From: Octopus sinensis
Lineage: Eukaryota
DNA length: 56,230 nt
Direction: 5' to 3'
Assembly: GCF_006345805.1 (NCBI RefSeq)
Contig: NW_021832962.1
Coordinates: 1 to 56,230, forward strand
Below, in pieces: positions 39,011 through 53,011 of the stretch; the first letter of the stretch is position 1; each line of letters opens with the position of its first letter. The position numbers and the translations under genes were made by a program. The notes below the pieces were generated by a model. That model ran no database searches and was not told where the DNA came from. It saw nothing but the letters and a program-made list of their open reading frames with translations.

Positions 39011-39109
39011 TTCTTATACGATGCACCGTTTCGTCTACTGTTTAATGGTAAACTAACCTGATTAAATTAAATCCCAATCTACCATAGGCCTTAGATTCAT
39101 CAGTAAGAA
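39011..39109 (-). ncRNA. Type I hammerhead ribozyme motif
   Basis: TTCTTA-CTGATGA-ATCTA...TAGAC-GAAA-CGGTGCATCG-TA-TAAGAA. It has a perfect 6-bp stem I, intact core boxes, a GUA cleavage triplet and a self-complementary stem III. Confidence 0.85.
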
Positions 39110-39679
39110 TAGCCAAGTCGGAACAAATATTTTCACGAGGCATTCCCGTCCCTGCCTCGGCAATATCTGACCTAAATGTTCAAATCATCGCACTCGCGCC
39201 AATTTATCGGCAGCAAATAAATATAAGCCGCCGATTCCCTACGGAATTTAACCAGAAAATTCATAATTAATCAATATAGGGTGGCAAAAAATTTTGTAGA
39301 ATTTTTTTGCCACCAGCGGCCTAGTGGGAAAAAATTAAATAGTCATAAACCATTTTTAAGTTCAACATCACAATCAAGGAACGGCCATAATAGGCCATTC
39401 ACCACTAGAAATAACAGCCAAAGCTTCAAACAACAACCGCAAAATAACATCAATTCCGTAAACCAGAGAAAATTAAAAAACAATTCTACAAAATTTTTTT
39501 GCCACCCTATATTGATTAATTATGAATTTTCTGGTTAATTCCGTAATGGAATCGGCGGCTTATATTATTTGCTGCCATAAATTTGGCGCGGAGTGCGATG
39601 ATTTGAAAATTTTAGGTCAGATATTGCCGAGGCAGGGACGGGAATGCCTCGTGAAAAATATCTGTTCCGACTTGGCTAT

Positions 39680-39781
39680 TTCTTACTGATGATCTAAGGG
39701 CCTATGGTAGATTGGCTTGATTTAATTTAATCAGGTTTAGTTTACCATTAAACAGTAGACGAAACGGTGCATCGTAGAAAA
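39680..39781 (+). ncRNA. Second copy of the same hammerhead motif, with small deletions
   Basis: CTGATGA at 39686-39692 and GAAACGGTGCATCGTA at 39761-39776. The 3' side of stem I is shortened. Confidence 0.7.
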
Positions 39782-40397
39782 TTACAGGGTAAATGTTTTT
39801 TAATTTTCTCCTGGTTTACGGAATTGATGTTATTTTGCGGTTGAAGCTTTTGGCTGTTATTTCTAGTGGGTGAATGGCCTATTATGGCCGTTCCTTGATT
39901 GTGATGTTGAAACTTAAAAATGGTCTATGACTATTTAATTTTTTCCACTAGGCCGCTGGTGACAAAAAAAAAAAAATTCTACAAAATTTTTTTGCCACCC
40001 TATATTGATTAATTATATATATAATATATATATATATAGAGGTGTGTAGAATGGGTAGAAATGCTTTTGTCCATGGTATGTGATTCCGATAAGAGTTCAT
40101 ATATATATATATTTATATATATATATATATATATAATAACAGCTGCAGACTACCCTTCTGTTTATAAATGTACTATAAATCCACACCGCCTTGGCTTTAT
40201 TGTCTCATTTTATTTAACATATATATATTTATATATATACATTTTATATATGTTTATGTATGTGTACATTATATATAAATTATATATTTATATATATAAT
40301 ATATATATATATATACAATATTACATATTATGTATATATATTTATATACATATATATACTGTATATATATATATACCTATATATATACATATATTGC

Positions 40398-40428
<31 letters not shown>

Positions 40429-40430
40429 AC

Positions 40431-40468
<38 letters not shown>

Positions 40469-40603
40469 TATTATATATATACATATATATGTATATATTT
40501 ATATCAGTATCTGTTTATGTATGTATGTATGTATGTATGTATGTATGTATGTATGTATGTATGTGTGTATGTATGTATGTATGTATGTATGCATCTATCT
40601 ATC

Positions 40604-41372
40604 CAGGGACTGTCGCTAAGCCTCTGCAACCGCTGCGGTCGCAGGGAGCCTACGTGATTGAGGAGCCCCATCTTAAGATCAAAGTACGTAGATGAGCCAT
40701 CTATTTGCTCTGGTTAAGATGTTGGACAAGAATTAACTTATCTATTATACAACACGGAATTTTGTCAATGAACAGGTCGCGGTCTCAATCGACGAAAACA
40801 TTTTGACAAATCAAATTTAAATGTTGAAGTGAATCTAACGGATTTTGTGTTTTTCTTAAATGGCTTATAAACACCTTTCACGCTGCAACTGTTAACTTAT
40901 ATATGTTAACTGAAGATTTCAAGAAATATATTGTACCTGCAATACATTGTACCTGCAAAAGTTCTTGTAAAAATATTGCATTATACCTCAAACATGTACC
41001 AGACATTGTGTATTGTCAATGATATTTATTGAAAAGGAACTTAGCTCTCAGGTTGATCATTCTGAACTGATCAATGATTTCGCGAAATGATAAGTGCGTC
41101 ATGTTTGTCTTTGAAGGTTGCCTAGATTATAAAATTGCTCTTTTATTCATATCTGGAAGTTTTACTTATTTAAATTTGTAATAGACCTTAATAAATTTAA
41201 CTTGTACTTTTAAATATGTTTTTTCGGATGACGTGAAATATTGAACTTCAGGTAGAATAAAGTAAAATATAGCTATCAATATACGATGCGTAGATTATGA
41301 ATTTTGATTGAAGGGATGGGGCCCTGAAACAAAAATTTGCAGGGGCCCGCTAAAAATCACGTGACGGAGCTA
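40604..41372 (+). mobile_element. hAT deletion derivative
   Basis: Degenerate TIRs CAGGGACTGTCGC and GTGACGGAGCTA, flanks TATCTATC and TATCTACC, subterminal GGGCCC motifs, and IEKELSSQVDHSELINDFAK resembling the hAT C-terminal dimerisation region (about 41028-41087). Confidence 0.68.
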
Positions 41373-41509
41373 TATCTACCTGTCTATCTATATCTATCTG
41401 TCTTAGGGTGGCCACTCTCGCCTGGTAATAGGCCGAGAGGAAGCTGTCCCTAAAAAGTCTACTACCACATGACTGTCGTGCCTTGTCCCTATCCTACCAT
41501 CACCAAACT

Positions 41510-41778
41510 GGAACGTGTAAATGTGTTACTGTGTGACATTATTGCCCGAGGTTACCGTGGTCTTTTCGCAGGTTTTTCTTTCAAGGGATAAACCTCTCCA
41601 CTTTTGGGAACTTTTTGAACTATTTCGACTTTCAATCCCAAACGATTTCGATCCCTTTTGATCGTTGTCCCTATTTTTATTTTTTATTTTTGTTTATTTT
41701 CGCACCTTCCCTCGAAAAGAAAATTCTACATTGTAATTGTCCCCTCTATGTTCAGCCCCTGTGTGCCAATAAAGAAAG
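41510..41778 (+). mobile_element. Repeat family D (probable LINE 3' end; tail shared with SINE B)
   Basis: Reverse-complement similarity to 54068-54345. Tail TTGTCCCCTCTATGTTCAGCCCCTGTGTGCCAATAAAGAAA is followed by (TCTA)n. Confidence 0.65.
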
Positions 41779-42119
41779 TTATCTATCTGTCTATCTATCT
41801 ATCTGTAATCTATCTATCGATCTGTCTATCTATCTATCGATCTATCTATCTATCACCTATCTGTCTGTCTGTCTTTCTGTCTGTCTGTCTGCCTGTCTAT
41901 CTATCTATCTGTCTGTCTATATATCTATCTGTGTATCTATCTGTCTGTTTCTCTATCTATCTACCTCTTTATCTATCTATCTTTCTGTCTGTCTATCTAT
42001 CTATCCATCTATCTGCCTATCTGTCTACCTACCTATACATCTGCCTATCTATCTATCTCTCTGTCTACCCATCAATCTGTCTATCTGTCTATCTATCTAT
42101 CTATCAATCTGTCTATCTG

Positions 42120-42159
<40 letters not shown>

Positions 42160-43444
42160 CCTATCTGTCTGTCTGTCTATCTAGCTATCTATCGGTATGT
42201 CTCTCTTTTCCTGTTGTTGCTATATCTGTACATCACTGTCTATTAATTCTATTTGTGTGTCTGTTTTACTCTTAATTTGCTTGTATTTTTCTTTTCTATT
42301 TTGTATTGTTTTGTTTCGTTCATTTAATATTTGATAACATCTTTCTTTTGTTGATACTGTGTATGCTTTCTTTTGTTTTTTGTTTGTTTCTTTGTATTTA
42401 TTATGAAGTAGGGCAGTAATGATATCTTTTTTTTCTTTTCTTGTTTTTTTCATACTTTCTATTTCGTTTCGTGTCACCCAAATATCGTTTCAAATTTCTT
42501 GATGAAAATTTTCATTTTCGGATTGATGGTGTTATTACTGTTGCTGTTGTTGATGATAATGATGACGACGACGACGATGAGGATAAGGATGAGGAAGAGG
42601 AGGAAGATTGTGATGATGATGACTATAATGTTGATCATCACTGTCGTCATCATCATCATCATTATCGTCCGTCACCACCTTCATCATCACCATCTCTGCA
42701 TCATCATCATCATTATCGCCCGTCACTACCTTCATCATCACCATCTCTGCATCATCATCATCATCATCATCACTTTCAATATCATCATCAGCAGCAGCAG
42801 CAGCATCGCTACAGCGATATCAATGAAGAAACTCGAGTACATTCTGTAAATTAATTTCTGTTTAACTTTCACACAGTATCATTGATAACAAGAATACAAC
42901 AACAACAACAACAACAACGACAGCAGCAACAAGACCAAACACTAACGGTAAAGACTAATAACAAACAACAAATGTTACAGAATAGCAGACCATAACATCA
43001 ACAGCAACAACAACAACTACAACATCGCCAACAACAATAGAACTGGCCAGAGGTTACGAGTATTCGGAAAAAAAAGAACTGGATTGGTATGGTGGATTGC
43101 CCTTGAACATGTCTGTCGGTCTGAGCTAACAACAGCAACAGCAACAGCAACAACAACAACAACAACAACAACAAGAAGCTGACCAACTAGAGACATTCTA
43201 CAGGATCTCTGAGCCTGCTGGAAATAACACCCAAATCTCCCTCAAATATCACACTACTCTTGTAGGAAGTTTGGAATGTGTCGGCTGGTCGATGATGATG
43301 ATAATGAGGAGAAGGAGGAGGAGGAGGAGGATAACGACGGTGATGACGGCGCTGAAAATAAAAATTATCAATAGGAGGAGCAGTAATAAGAATTATGATA
43401 ATAATATTAGATTAAAACTAATAATAATAATGATAATAATAATG

Positions 43445-43493
<49 letters not shown>

Positions 43494-43791
43494 ATTTAAA
43501 TTCTGTTTCATTTCATTTAGCATTCTTTTAACAGTAATAATAACAGCAAAAATACGATAAAAATAACAATACTGTTGATGATGACGATGCTGATGATGAT
43601 AATGATGATGATGACGATGATGAATATAATGATGATGACGATGATGATGATGATGATGATGATGTTCATCCTCATCAGGATGATGGTGGTGGTAGTGGTG
43701 ATGTAGACGACGAGGATGACAATGAAGTGACGATGGCAAATAGTGAGGAGGTTGATACACAAAACAGAAGCCGATAATATTATAGTACTTT

Positions 43792-43833
43792 ACTATGCTA
43801 ATGAGATCTAATAGACCGAAACACGCCCATTGT
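43792..43833 (+). ncRNA. Decayed minimal hammerhead motif (probably inactive)
   Basis: ACTATG-CTAATGA-GATCT(AAT)AGACC-GAAAC-ACGCC-CATTGT. The topology is preserved but several positions are substituted. Confidence 0.45.
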
Positions 43834-44869
43834 TGGCCCGCTCCCCTTCAGAACCGCGATTATGAACAAAACACAATCCAAGAAAGCAAGAATTGAAATA
43901 TCATGTGTCAGACAAACACATATAACACGGCAACTAGTGACACTACAAATAAGGAGAAAGTCAATATGCAATGTTGAAAGCTGATATACGAAATATAAAA
44001 ATTAAGAAAGCGAAGAGCAAATAACATAACAGCATACCGCAAACAAACCGTAAATATATTAGACGCCATCTTATTTATTAATTTCATTTTGCGTGATTGC
44101 GAATATATTTCAAAATTTCAATTTTTTCTGATGAATTTATGATTTTTTTTCTTTTTTCTTTACTTTTAGCATTATTTGGGTAGAACGTACCTTGTAATAA
44201 CTAGTTGTGATCCCTTACTTTCTTACTTCAAATTTCACCGAAGTCAATTTTCCTTTTTTTTCCTAATATGTAAGTCAAAAAGCTGAGGTCAATAAAATAT
44301 TATTTTCCTTCCTCTATAACTATAGCTTTGTCCTGCAGCTCGAATTCTTTAACACTGCTGTTGAGACACTGGATGGCAGAATTGGAAGAGTGATGGACAA
44401 AGTAAATGTTCAAAATAGCCCTGTCAAGTTCATAAGAAATATTGATTTTTTTTCAACTTTCCTACTTAACTCATCAAAGAAATCACATTCCACCTTGCTT
44501 CGTTTCAAAATGAATGCTTATGTAAATTGTATTAACTATTGAATGAGTTGCTGTTCATCCCATATATCACTGAAGATACTGAAAATTTTAACTGAGCATT
44601 TGTACGCAATTTTACTTACCAAACACTTTTTCTTTATAGTACAATGTTAGATTTTTGAAGTCTATATAGTTAGGGCACAGGAAGGTAGAATTAGAAAAAC
44701 GATGTATTAAATACTGTTTTAAAGTACCCTAATTTATCTGATAAATAATATTGAATATTTTCAACATTCATACGTAACTCATCAACAAATTCGCATCTCT
44801 TCCTGATTCGTTTCTAAATGAATGCTTATGTAAGTTGCATTTTAGACAACCTAAAATAGAAACTCAACA

Positions 44870-45600
44870 ACTAAATAGAGGATGTGTATACTATACATCT
44901 ACAAACTCCATAAAATACATTTCAATTCGTACCATCCGAGATATACGAGTAAATATCCCTTAATCGATAGCCAAGAAAATTCATATCCAAGTACTTTGAC
45001 AAACAAATTTAAAAAGTATACAAGTACATTTCCACCAGCAATCCTAAACACAATGAATCCTACAACGTTATATTTCAAAACATCCCAAAACTGACAAAGA
45101 AATCTTGGGTGGACCAAATTCATTAAATACATTCTATCATAAACAAGCAAATGACAACCCAAAATAGTGAGCAAATTTAACAAAGGCCAATATTCCCACA
45201 ATGACAACAGAGTTAACAGTGATAAATGTGGATGATCCAACTCTGGTAAATGTTTAAATCCACCAGAACAGTGTGAGGTCAGTTTTAAACGAAGGAAATT
45301 TTTCAAAATAAGAAATAACTTTACAAGTGCATCTGAAAACCAAATTTTTATACCATAGCATACTCAAAATACGGAGAAAACTACATAACATAAGATAAAC
45401 CTGAATAACTTCTAAGACAACGCATGACTCTTCACAGACATCAAATACACACACTGGAATACAGACAATTAGGTTTCAGTGAACATATAGACACATGTAC
45501 CGATTAGAAACAACCGAATTTTATGATCTTTTACTTATACCAAGTTGCACATGGGAACAGCAACGTGTTAACAAAGAGATAACATGCATAATCAAATAGT
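44870..45600 (+). mobile_element. Decayed PLE thumb, linker and GIY-YIG fragment
   Basis: HFNSYHP, KCG*SNSGKCLN, FKIRNNFTSASEN, GENYI and LRQRMTLHRHQIHTLEYRQLGFSEHIDTC, with many frameshifts. Confidence 0.72.
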
Positions 45601-45897
45601 GACCACGTCTTAACAACAGTGAGAGAGACAGAGCACTACTCCTACTACTACTGCTGCTGCTGTTACCAGTACAACTATTACCGCTTTTGCTGCTGCTGCT
45701 GCTACTGCTGCTGCAACTGTTTCTGCAGTCACCACGCATTCTCCTGTTACTGGAGGAAAGGAACAAACCACACCTACTACCTTACAACTTTTACTATTTC
45801 CAATGCTAATACTACTATAACTACTGCTTAAGCTGCTACTACTATTCCTGCTAGTAAACTGAATACATCTACTGCTACTATGTCCTCTACCATTGCT

Positions 45898-46012
45898 ACT
45901 TCTATACGATCTCTCCAACAACTTCTATACGACCTCTCCAACAACTTCTATACGACCTCTCCCCCACTTCTATACGACCTCTCCCCCACTTCTATATGAC
46001 CTCTCCAACAAC
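45898..46012. repeat. 22-23-bp minisatellite, 5 copies
   Basis: Units of CTTCTATACGACCTCTCC(AACAA/CCCA). Confidence 0.9.
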
Positions 46013-46422
46013 TAAGTACCACTCTTTCATACCAACATTGCCAGTAAGGAACAATATAATGTCACTATTAAAACTCTTACTACCACTATTTTTAACACAA
46101 CAGCTACGTGAAGGAGACCAACAACAGTTAACGAATGAAGTTTGTAGAAAAATGTGCACTTTTAGAAGTACATACATAAAAGATTAATTTAAATTTTTTT
46201 CCATATACTTTTATTTTTTATAATATGGCTAAAACGTCTCAAACCATTGAACTGGTAGTATATTTTGATAACGATGTAAATATTGCCCTCGTTTTATTCA
46301 TGATATAATTCTTGAAGCATTTTTCATAAAACATTATTACGACTAGCACTTTTGAAAAATAAATTAAATGGGCTAGGCAAACCTAATTCCACAAACCTGA
46401 ACACTGGATAAATAACCAGGGC

Positions 46423-46497
<75 letters not shown>

Positions 46498-46571
46498 ATA
46501 AACAGACAGGCAGATAGAAAGATAGATACATACATACATATATATATATACATTCATATGTGCATATGTGC

Positions 46572-46621
<50 letters not shown>

Positions 46622-47026
46622 TGTGGGTGTGTAGTGTGTGTGTAATAATAAAAACGTATTAATTATAAGAAAATATAAAAATGAAAAATGCATATACTAA
46701 AAATATATACGAATACATACCATTTTTATTAGTTTTAAATTGGAGGTTAGTAAATAGGAAAGTGTATATAAATATTTTTTAAAAAACCAATATGAAATAA
46801 GACGGTTTTATATGCTAAAAATTTAATAGGACGAAATAATATTGGCGATAGAATTATCGTATAGAACAGCATAACGATATTCGAGGTAGAAACACTGAAA
46901 TATCATAAAGTTAAATAAGGGAAATATGATATTGGAGGGGAGAGGTGATAAATTTGCACTGGAAAGTTAATTTAATTAACTATTCTATAGAATTATATTT
47001 ATGCGGAAACCATTTCTTAATGAGAC

Positions 47027-47064
<38 letters not shown>

Positions 47065-47984
47065 TTTGTTCATAGAGATATGAATTGTGCAAAACGAATA
47101 AAAGCAGTTTTATCAGTGTTCTTAATGATAAACTAACAGGTCGTATATGTGTTAAACAAACGCATATACTCACTATATAAGCACATACATACATATACAC
47201 ACAGACTCATACAAGCATATAAACACACGGAAACGTGTGTGTGTGTGTGTGTACATATATATCACTGGCGATTCAATTATTTTTGTTAGCTCAATTTTGT
47301 TTCATAAAAAAATCTAACTCCAGATGCAACAACCATATTTCTTCCTTTAAACACACCCTATCAGCATTAATCTCCAGACTTACAGACGTGGAAATCAACT
47401 ACAGCTTCAATTAGATTATTTCAAGAGACCGGGTCTCAAAGTAAGGAACCAAGATGAACCTACATACTTCCACGGACTGTATAAACACCGAGAGCGAAAT
47501 AATCTCACCATGTCCGTGCTATACGAAGTATATTTTAGCGGGAACTGAAAACAACTCACCAAACAGATCATACCCATTAATTTGGATACAATTCTATCGA
47601 CCTCCAATCAGTGAAAACACTTCCATTGAACCATCGACGTTTTAGCGCTGTATCCACTGTTCTCACGTAATCCGTTTATACACCATCTGAATGCAAGAAT
47701 GCTTAAACACAGATAATCCACTTATATCTCAACTTCTATTATTCCAATAAGTTTCTCGTTGTTTGTTTTCTTCTGTGCTTCTCGTGTTGTTTTACGAGAT
47801 TTGAGAGATGGTTTAAGAGTGTGGATTATAGGGTTGAGTGAGGCCGATGAATAATGAGTGGTAATGAAAGATGGAGTTTGTAGGAATAATGAAAAACAGG
47901 GTAGGATCCGTTGTCGATAGTGCTAAAAGGTGAAAGACCGTTATAGTAAGAGTTGGATAGGGGAGAGCAAATTAGACCGCATGG

Positions 47985-48044
47985 CGTCATCATCATCGTC
48001 ATCATCATCATCATCATCATCGTCATCAGCATCATCATCATCAT

Positions 48045-48080
<36 letters not shown>

Positions 48081-48189
48081 TATTCTCATCGTCTCCGCGA
48101 CCATTATCACCACCATCATCATCAGTATCATCGTCAGTTTCATCATCATCATCATCCTCATCCTCGTTATCACCATCAACACCACCAAT

Positions 48190-48237
<48 letters not shown>

Positions 48238-48964
48238 TTTATGATCATCATCCTTCTCTTCATCCTCATTATCGTCGTCGTCATCGTCGTCGCCATTTTC
48301 GTTGTCGTTGTCATCGTTGCTGTCAACATCGTCAACATGTTACCCCTCGTCGGCGGCGGCAGCGTTCTTGTCCTCACAGGTAACACCATCGTGTTGACAG
48401 CATGATGGTGAGGAGGGACAGAACAGGTGAGAGTGGGATGGGGAGACGGCAGTAGTGGTGGCGTCAGCCAAGATGGCAAAGATGGTAAAATGCGGTGGAT
48501 TTAAGAACAGCAGTGACACGATGCGGTGAAATATGGCGGAATCAATTTGAGAAAGTCTGATTACTTGTTACTGCCTGTGGTGCCATGTCTCTTTACAATA
48601 CAGGCACACTGACACATGCACACATACACACGCACACACGCACACACTCATACAAGGACATACACATATACACACTCACACACATAAACACACATTCATA
48701 CACACACATGCACGCATATATGTATACATATATGTATATATATATATATATATACATAGATACACACATACACATAAGTATATGTACATATATATATATA
48801 TGTGTGTGTGTGGTGTGTATGCGTGCGCATGTATATATGAATAATGTATATACATGTATATACATGTATATATACATATAATAACATATATACATATATA
48901 CATATAACAATATACATATAATGTATATACATGTATATATATATATATATATATATTAGTATTC

Positions 48965-49027
<63 letters not shown>

Positions 49028-49073
49028 TAAACAGGCAGAAAGACAGACAGAAAGACAGACGGATAGACAGACG

Positions 49074-49105
<32 letters not shown>

Positions 49106-49106
49106 T

Positions 49107-49171
<65 letters not shown>

Positions 49172-50482
49172 GCATTGGTATACCAATAAATGAGTGTATA
49201 TAGTGTATACATATATATGCGTCTGTATACATGTATTAAAGTTATATATTTTCTATGCATATTGTGCTATGTATGTATACATATATATAGGCAGATAGAT
49301 AGACAGACAGACTCACTCACTCACTGGAGGGATGTGTGTTATAATTGACTTGCCTCTAATTTTTGGCGTTAGGAAGAAATGTGGTAAAAGGAAAGAAAAT
49401 GGTTTTTGGGGTTGTTTTTTCTTAAATTACTCAATTTTCTTTCTTTTGTTTTTTGCTTCTTTATGTTATCTTTAATTCTTTCTTCATTGACTTCCGAGAG
49501 AGTTGGATGTAGGGGTAGTGGGGGGGGGAGGAAAGTGGACAGCTAGGATATATATAATGGAGACTGTGTTGTTGTTTTATGGTAGTTTTAGTGGTGGTGG
49601 TGGTGGTGGTGGTGGCGGTGGTGGTGGTGGTGGTGGTGATGGCGGTGGCGATGGTGGCGGTGGTGGTGGCGAAGGTGGTGGTGGTGACGGTGGTGGTGGT
49701 GACGGTGGTGGTGACGGTGGTGGTGACTGTGGTGGCGGTGGTGGTGGTGGCTGTGATGGTGGCGGTGTGGTGGTGGCTGTGGTGCTGGTGGTGCTGGTGG
49801 TAGTAGTGGTGGTAGTGGTGGTTGTGGTGGTAGTGGTGGTGGTGCTGGTGGTGCTGGTGCTGGTGCTGGTGCTGGCTATGGTGGTTGTGGTGATGGTGGT
49901 GGTTCTGTTGGTTGTTGTGGTGGTGATGATATCAGTTGTGCCGGTGGCGGTGATGGTGGTGGTGGTAGTGGCGGCGGCGGTGACGGCAATGGCGGGTGTA
50001 ACGGTTGATGTTGGTAGTGAATGTGGTAGTGGTGGTGGTGGTGGATGTTGACAGTTTTAATTTTGGTGGTGGCGATGTCAACGATGCTATCCATCGTGGT
50101 GGTCGTGGTAGAGGCGACGGTGGCGGCGATGGGGTGGGTTATGGTGGTTGTGGAGCCGATGGTGATGGAGTGTTTGTTTTGATGGTTGCGATGGTAGTGC
50201 GATGGCCATGGTAGTGGTGAAGCTGTTTGTTGGTGGTGTTGGTAGGGGCAATAGTAGAAGTGGTGCGGTTCACATTTGTGGTATAGGTGGTAGTATCAGT
50301 GCTGACAGTATCGGAGGTTGTATTGCTGTTGTTGTTGTTGGTGGTGATGGTGCTAATAGTGGTTGTTGTTGTTGTTGTTGTTGTTGTGGAGGCAGTGGTG
50401 GCAGCTGTGGATGTTACTAGTGTTGATGATGGTATCAGTGGTGGTGTTAGTGATGGCTGTCATGGTATGCCGCTTGTGATGC

Positions 50483-50513
<31 letters not shown>

Positions 50514-50696
50514 GGTGGTGGTGGTGTGGTAGAGGTTTTTCTAGCGTTGGTAGTGGTGGAGACGTTGGTGGTGATGGTGATGACCATGATGTGGCGGAGG
50601 ATGTTGGCGGGGACTGTATTACTGCAGTTTTTGTTGAACACATTGTCGTAGGCAATGGTGTTGATGTTGGAGCGGTGGCGGCGCTGACGCTGCTGT

Positions 50697-50766
<70 letters not shown>

Positions 50767-51574
50767 TTGAAGATGATGAAGATGATGATAATGATGATGG
50801 TGGTGGTGGTAGTGGTGGTGATGGTGGTGGTAGTGGTGGTGGTGGTGGTGGTAGTGGTGGTGGTAGTGGTGGTGGTGGTGGTAGTAGTGGTGGTGGTGGT
50901 GGTGGTGGTAGTGGTGGTGGTGGTGGTAGTGGTGGTGGTGGTGGTGGTGGTAGTTGTGGTGGTGGTGGTGGTGGTAGTGGTGGTGGTAGTGGTGGTGGTG
51001 GTGGTTGTGTGGTAATGGCGGCGGAGCAACATAAATTTAATAATTTAATAATCATACCTGATTTCACTTTAATAACGTGATCCTGTTATTGTTGTTGTTC
51101 TTCTTCTTCCCTTTCTTCCCCTTCTTTTTCTTCCTCTCCTTTCTCTTCTTCCACTTCTTTTTCTTCATCATCATCATTATCATCTTTTTCTTCTTCTTCC
51201 CTTTCTTCTTCCACTTCATCATCAACATCATCATCATCATCTTCTTCTCCTCTTCCTCCTTCTTGTTCATCATCATCGTCGTCTTCTCGTAATCATTATT
51301 ATCATCATCATTATCATCACCATCTCCTCCACCTCCTCCGTCTTCTTCTTCATGATCATCCTCTTGTCTTCATCATCATCATCATCATCATCATCATCTT
51401 TATCTTTTTCTTCTTCCTTTTCTTCTTCCACTTCATCATCAACATCATCATCTTCTTCTCCCCTCCTCCTCCTTCTTCTTGTTCATCATCATCGTCCTCT
51501 TCTCTCAATCATCATTATCATCATCATCACCTTCTCCTCCACCTCCTCTGTCTTCTTCATCCTCTTCTCTTCTC

Positions 51575-51610
<36 letters not shown>

Positions 51611-51900
51611 TTCTTCATCTCCCTCTTCTTATTGCTGCTGCTGCTTTTGTTGCTACTGTGCTATTTTCGTTGTCTTTTTCCATGTTGCTATTATGATTCG
51701 TGTGGTTGATCCAGCTTTTTTTTTTCTGTGCTTTTTTGCACTTTGCTAACGCACGGCTGATGCTGTTGCTAATGTTTCTACTGGTGTTGCTATTATTGCC
51801 ATTGTTTTTGTTCCTGTTGCTTTGTTGTTTTTGTTGTTGTTCTTGCTTGTTTTCTGTTGTTTTTGTTGCTTTTGTTGCTATCATCGTGGTTGCTATCTAG
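47985..51900. repeat. Consecutive (CAT)n, (CA/TA)n, (GATA)n, (GGT)n, (GAT)n and (CTT/CAT)n fields with short unique spacers
   Basis: Directly visible. Confidence 0.88.
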
Positions 51901-51994
51901 AAACAACTTTTTTTTCACCTGTTGCTAATGATTTTTTAAATATTTATTTTATATAATTACCGTTTTTTTTTTCTTAGTTTACTAACATTTTTCT

Positions 51995-52148
51995 TTTCTA
52001 CTCTAGGCACAAGGCCCGAACTTTTGGGAAAGGGGGCCAGTCAATTAGACCAACTCCAGTACGCAACTGGTACTTAATTTATCGACCCCTGAAAGGATGA
52101 AAGGCAAAGTCGACCTCGACGAAATTTGAACTCAGAACGTAAAGACCA
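51995..52148 (-). mobile_element. SINE B-related variant with a different tail
   Basis: Core GAAAGGATGAAAGGCAAAGTCGACCTCG...TTTGAACTCAGAACGT on +. Confidence 0.8.
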
Positions 52149-52894
52149 GCGAGTTTACAAACATTATTGTTGGCTTTATTGTTTTCGTAACGGTAGTGGT
52201 GGGGTGGCAGTTGTAGGAGAGGTGGTTGTGGGCGTGGGGTGATGTTGGTGGGGATGGGGGTGATGGTGGCGAGACGAGGTCTTGGTGGTGGTGGTGATGG
52301 TGGTGAGGCGGGGGATGGTGATGATGGCGAGGCGGAGTCTTGGAGGTGTTGGTGATGGTGGCGGGGTGGGACTTGCTGTAGTAGTGGTGTGGTGGTGTTG
52401 TGGTCGTCGTGGTGGTAGTGGTCTCGGTGGTGGTGGTTATAGTTGTAGTAGTGGTGGTGATAACGGTGTTGTTCTTGTTTTAATGTTTGCTGTTGTTGTT
52501 AGTGGTGGTGGTGGTGGTGATCGCGGGGGGAGGCTGTAGTGGTGGTGGTGGTAGTGGTGGTGGTGGTGGTGGTGGTGATCGAGGGGAGTGTAGGGGTGGG
52601 GGTGGGGGGGGGGGCGTGGGTGTGGGGGCTGTTGATCGCGGGGGAGGCTGTAGTGGTGGTGGTGATGTTGTCGTTGTTGTTGTTGGTGGTGGTATGGTGG
52701 TGGTGGTGGTGGTGGTGGTGGTGGTGGTGGTGGTGGTGGTGTTGTTGGTGGTGGTGGTGGTGTAGATTATAGTGATCGTGTAGGGGAGGGGTTTGCGGAA
52801 GTACGGACGGGGTGTGTTGATCTTGTTTAATTTCTTCATGCTATACTTGCTCCATAAGAATAATTGTCGTAGTTGCTCCTGTGCCTGTTGCAGC

Positions 52895-52945
<51 letters not shown>

Positions 52946-53011
52946 GTTGTTTTTGTCGTTTGCGATGTTGTTGGTGATGGTCATATTGTTCTTAATATTT
53001 TTATTATCAAA

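Larger units (their letters stand above)
38891..40015. mobile_element. Retrozyme/pLTR-like element: a unit of about 480 bp, partial tandem on each arm, arms inverted
   Basis: The left arm 38891-39480 has period 476 (ATCACAATCA at 38891 and 39367). The right arm 39482-40015 is its reverse complement with a different phase. There is one hammerhead per unit. Confidence 0.88.

Noticed and set aside
40905-40935. CTGAAGA-TTTCAA-GAAA as a hammerhead
   Set aside because: There is no stem I and the motif lies inside a hAT remnant.
47370-47690. Cluster of - strand splice-like signals
   Set aside because: Donor and acceptor spacings are incompatible and no recognisable peptide results.
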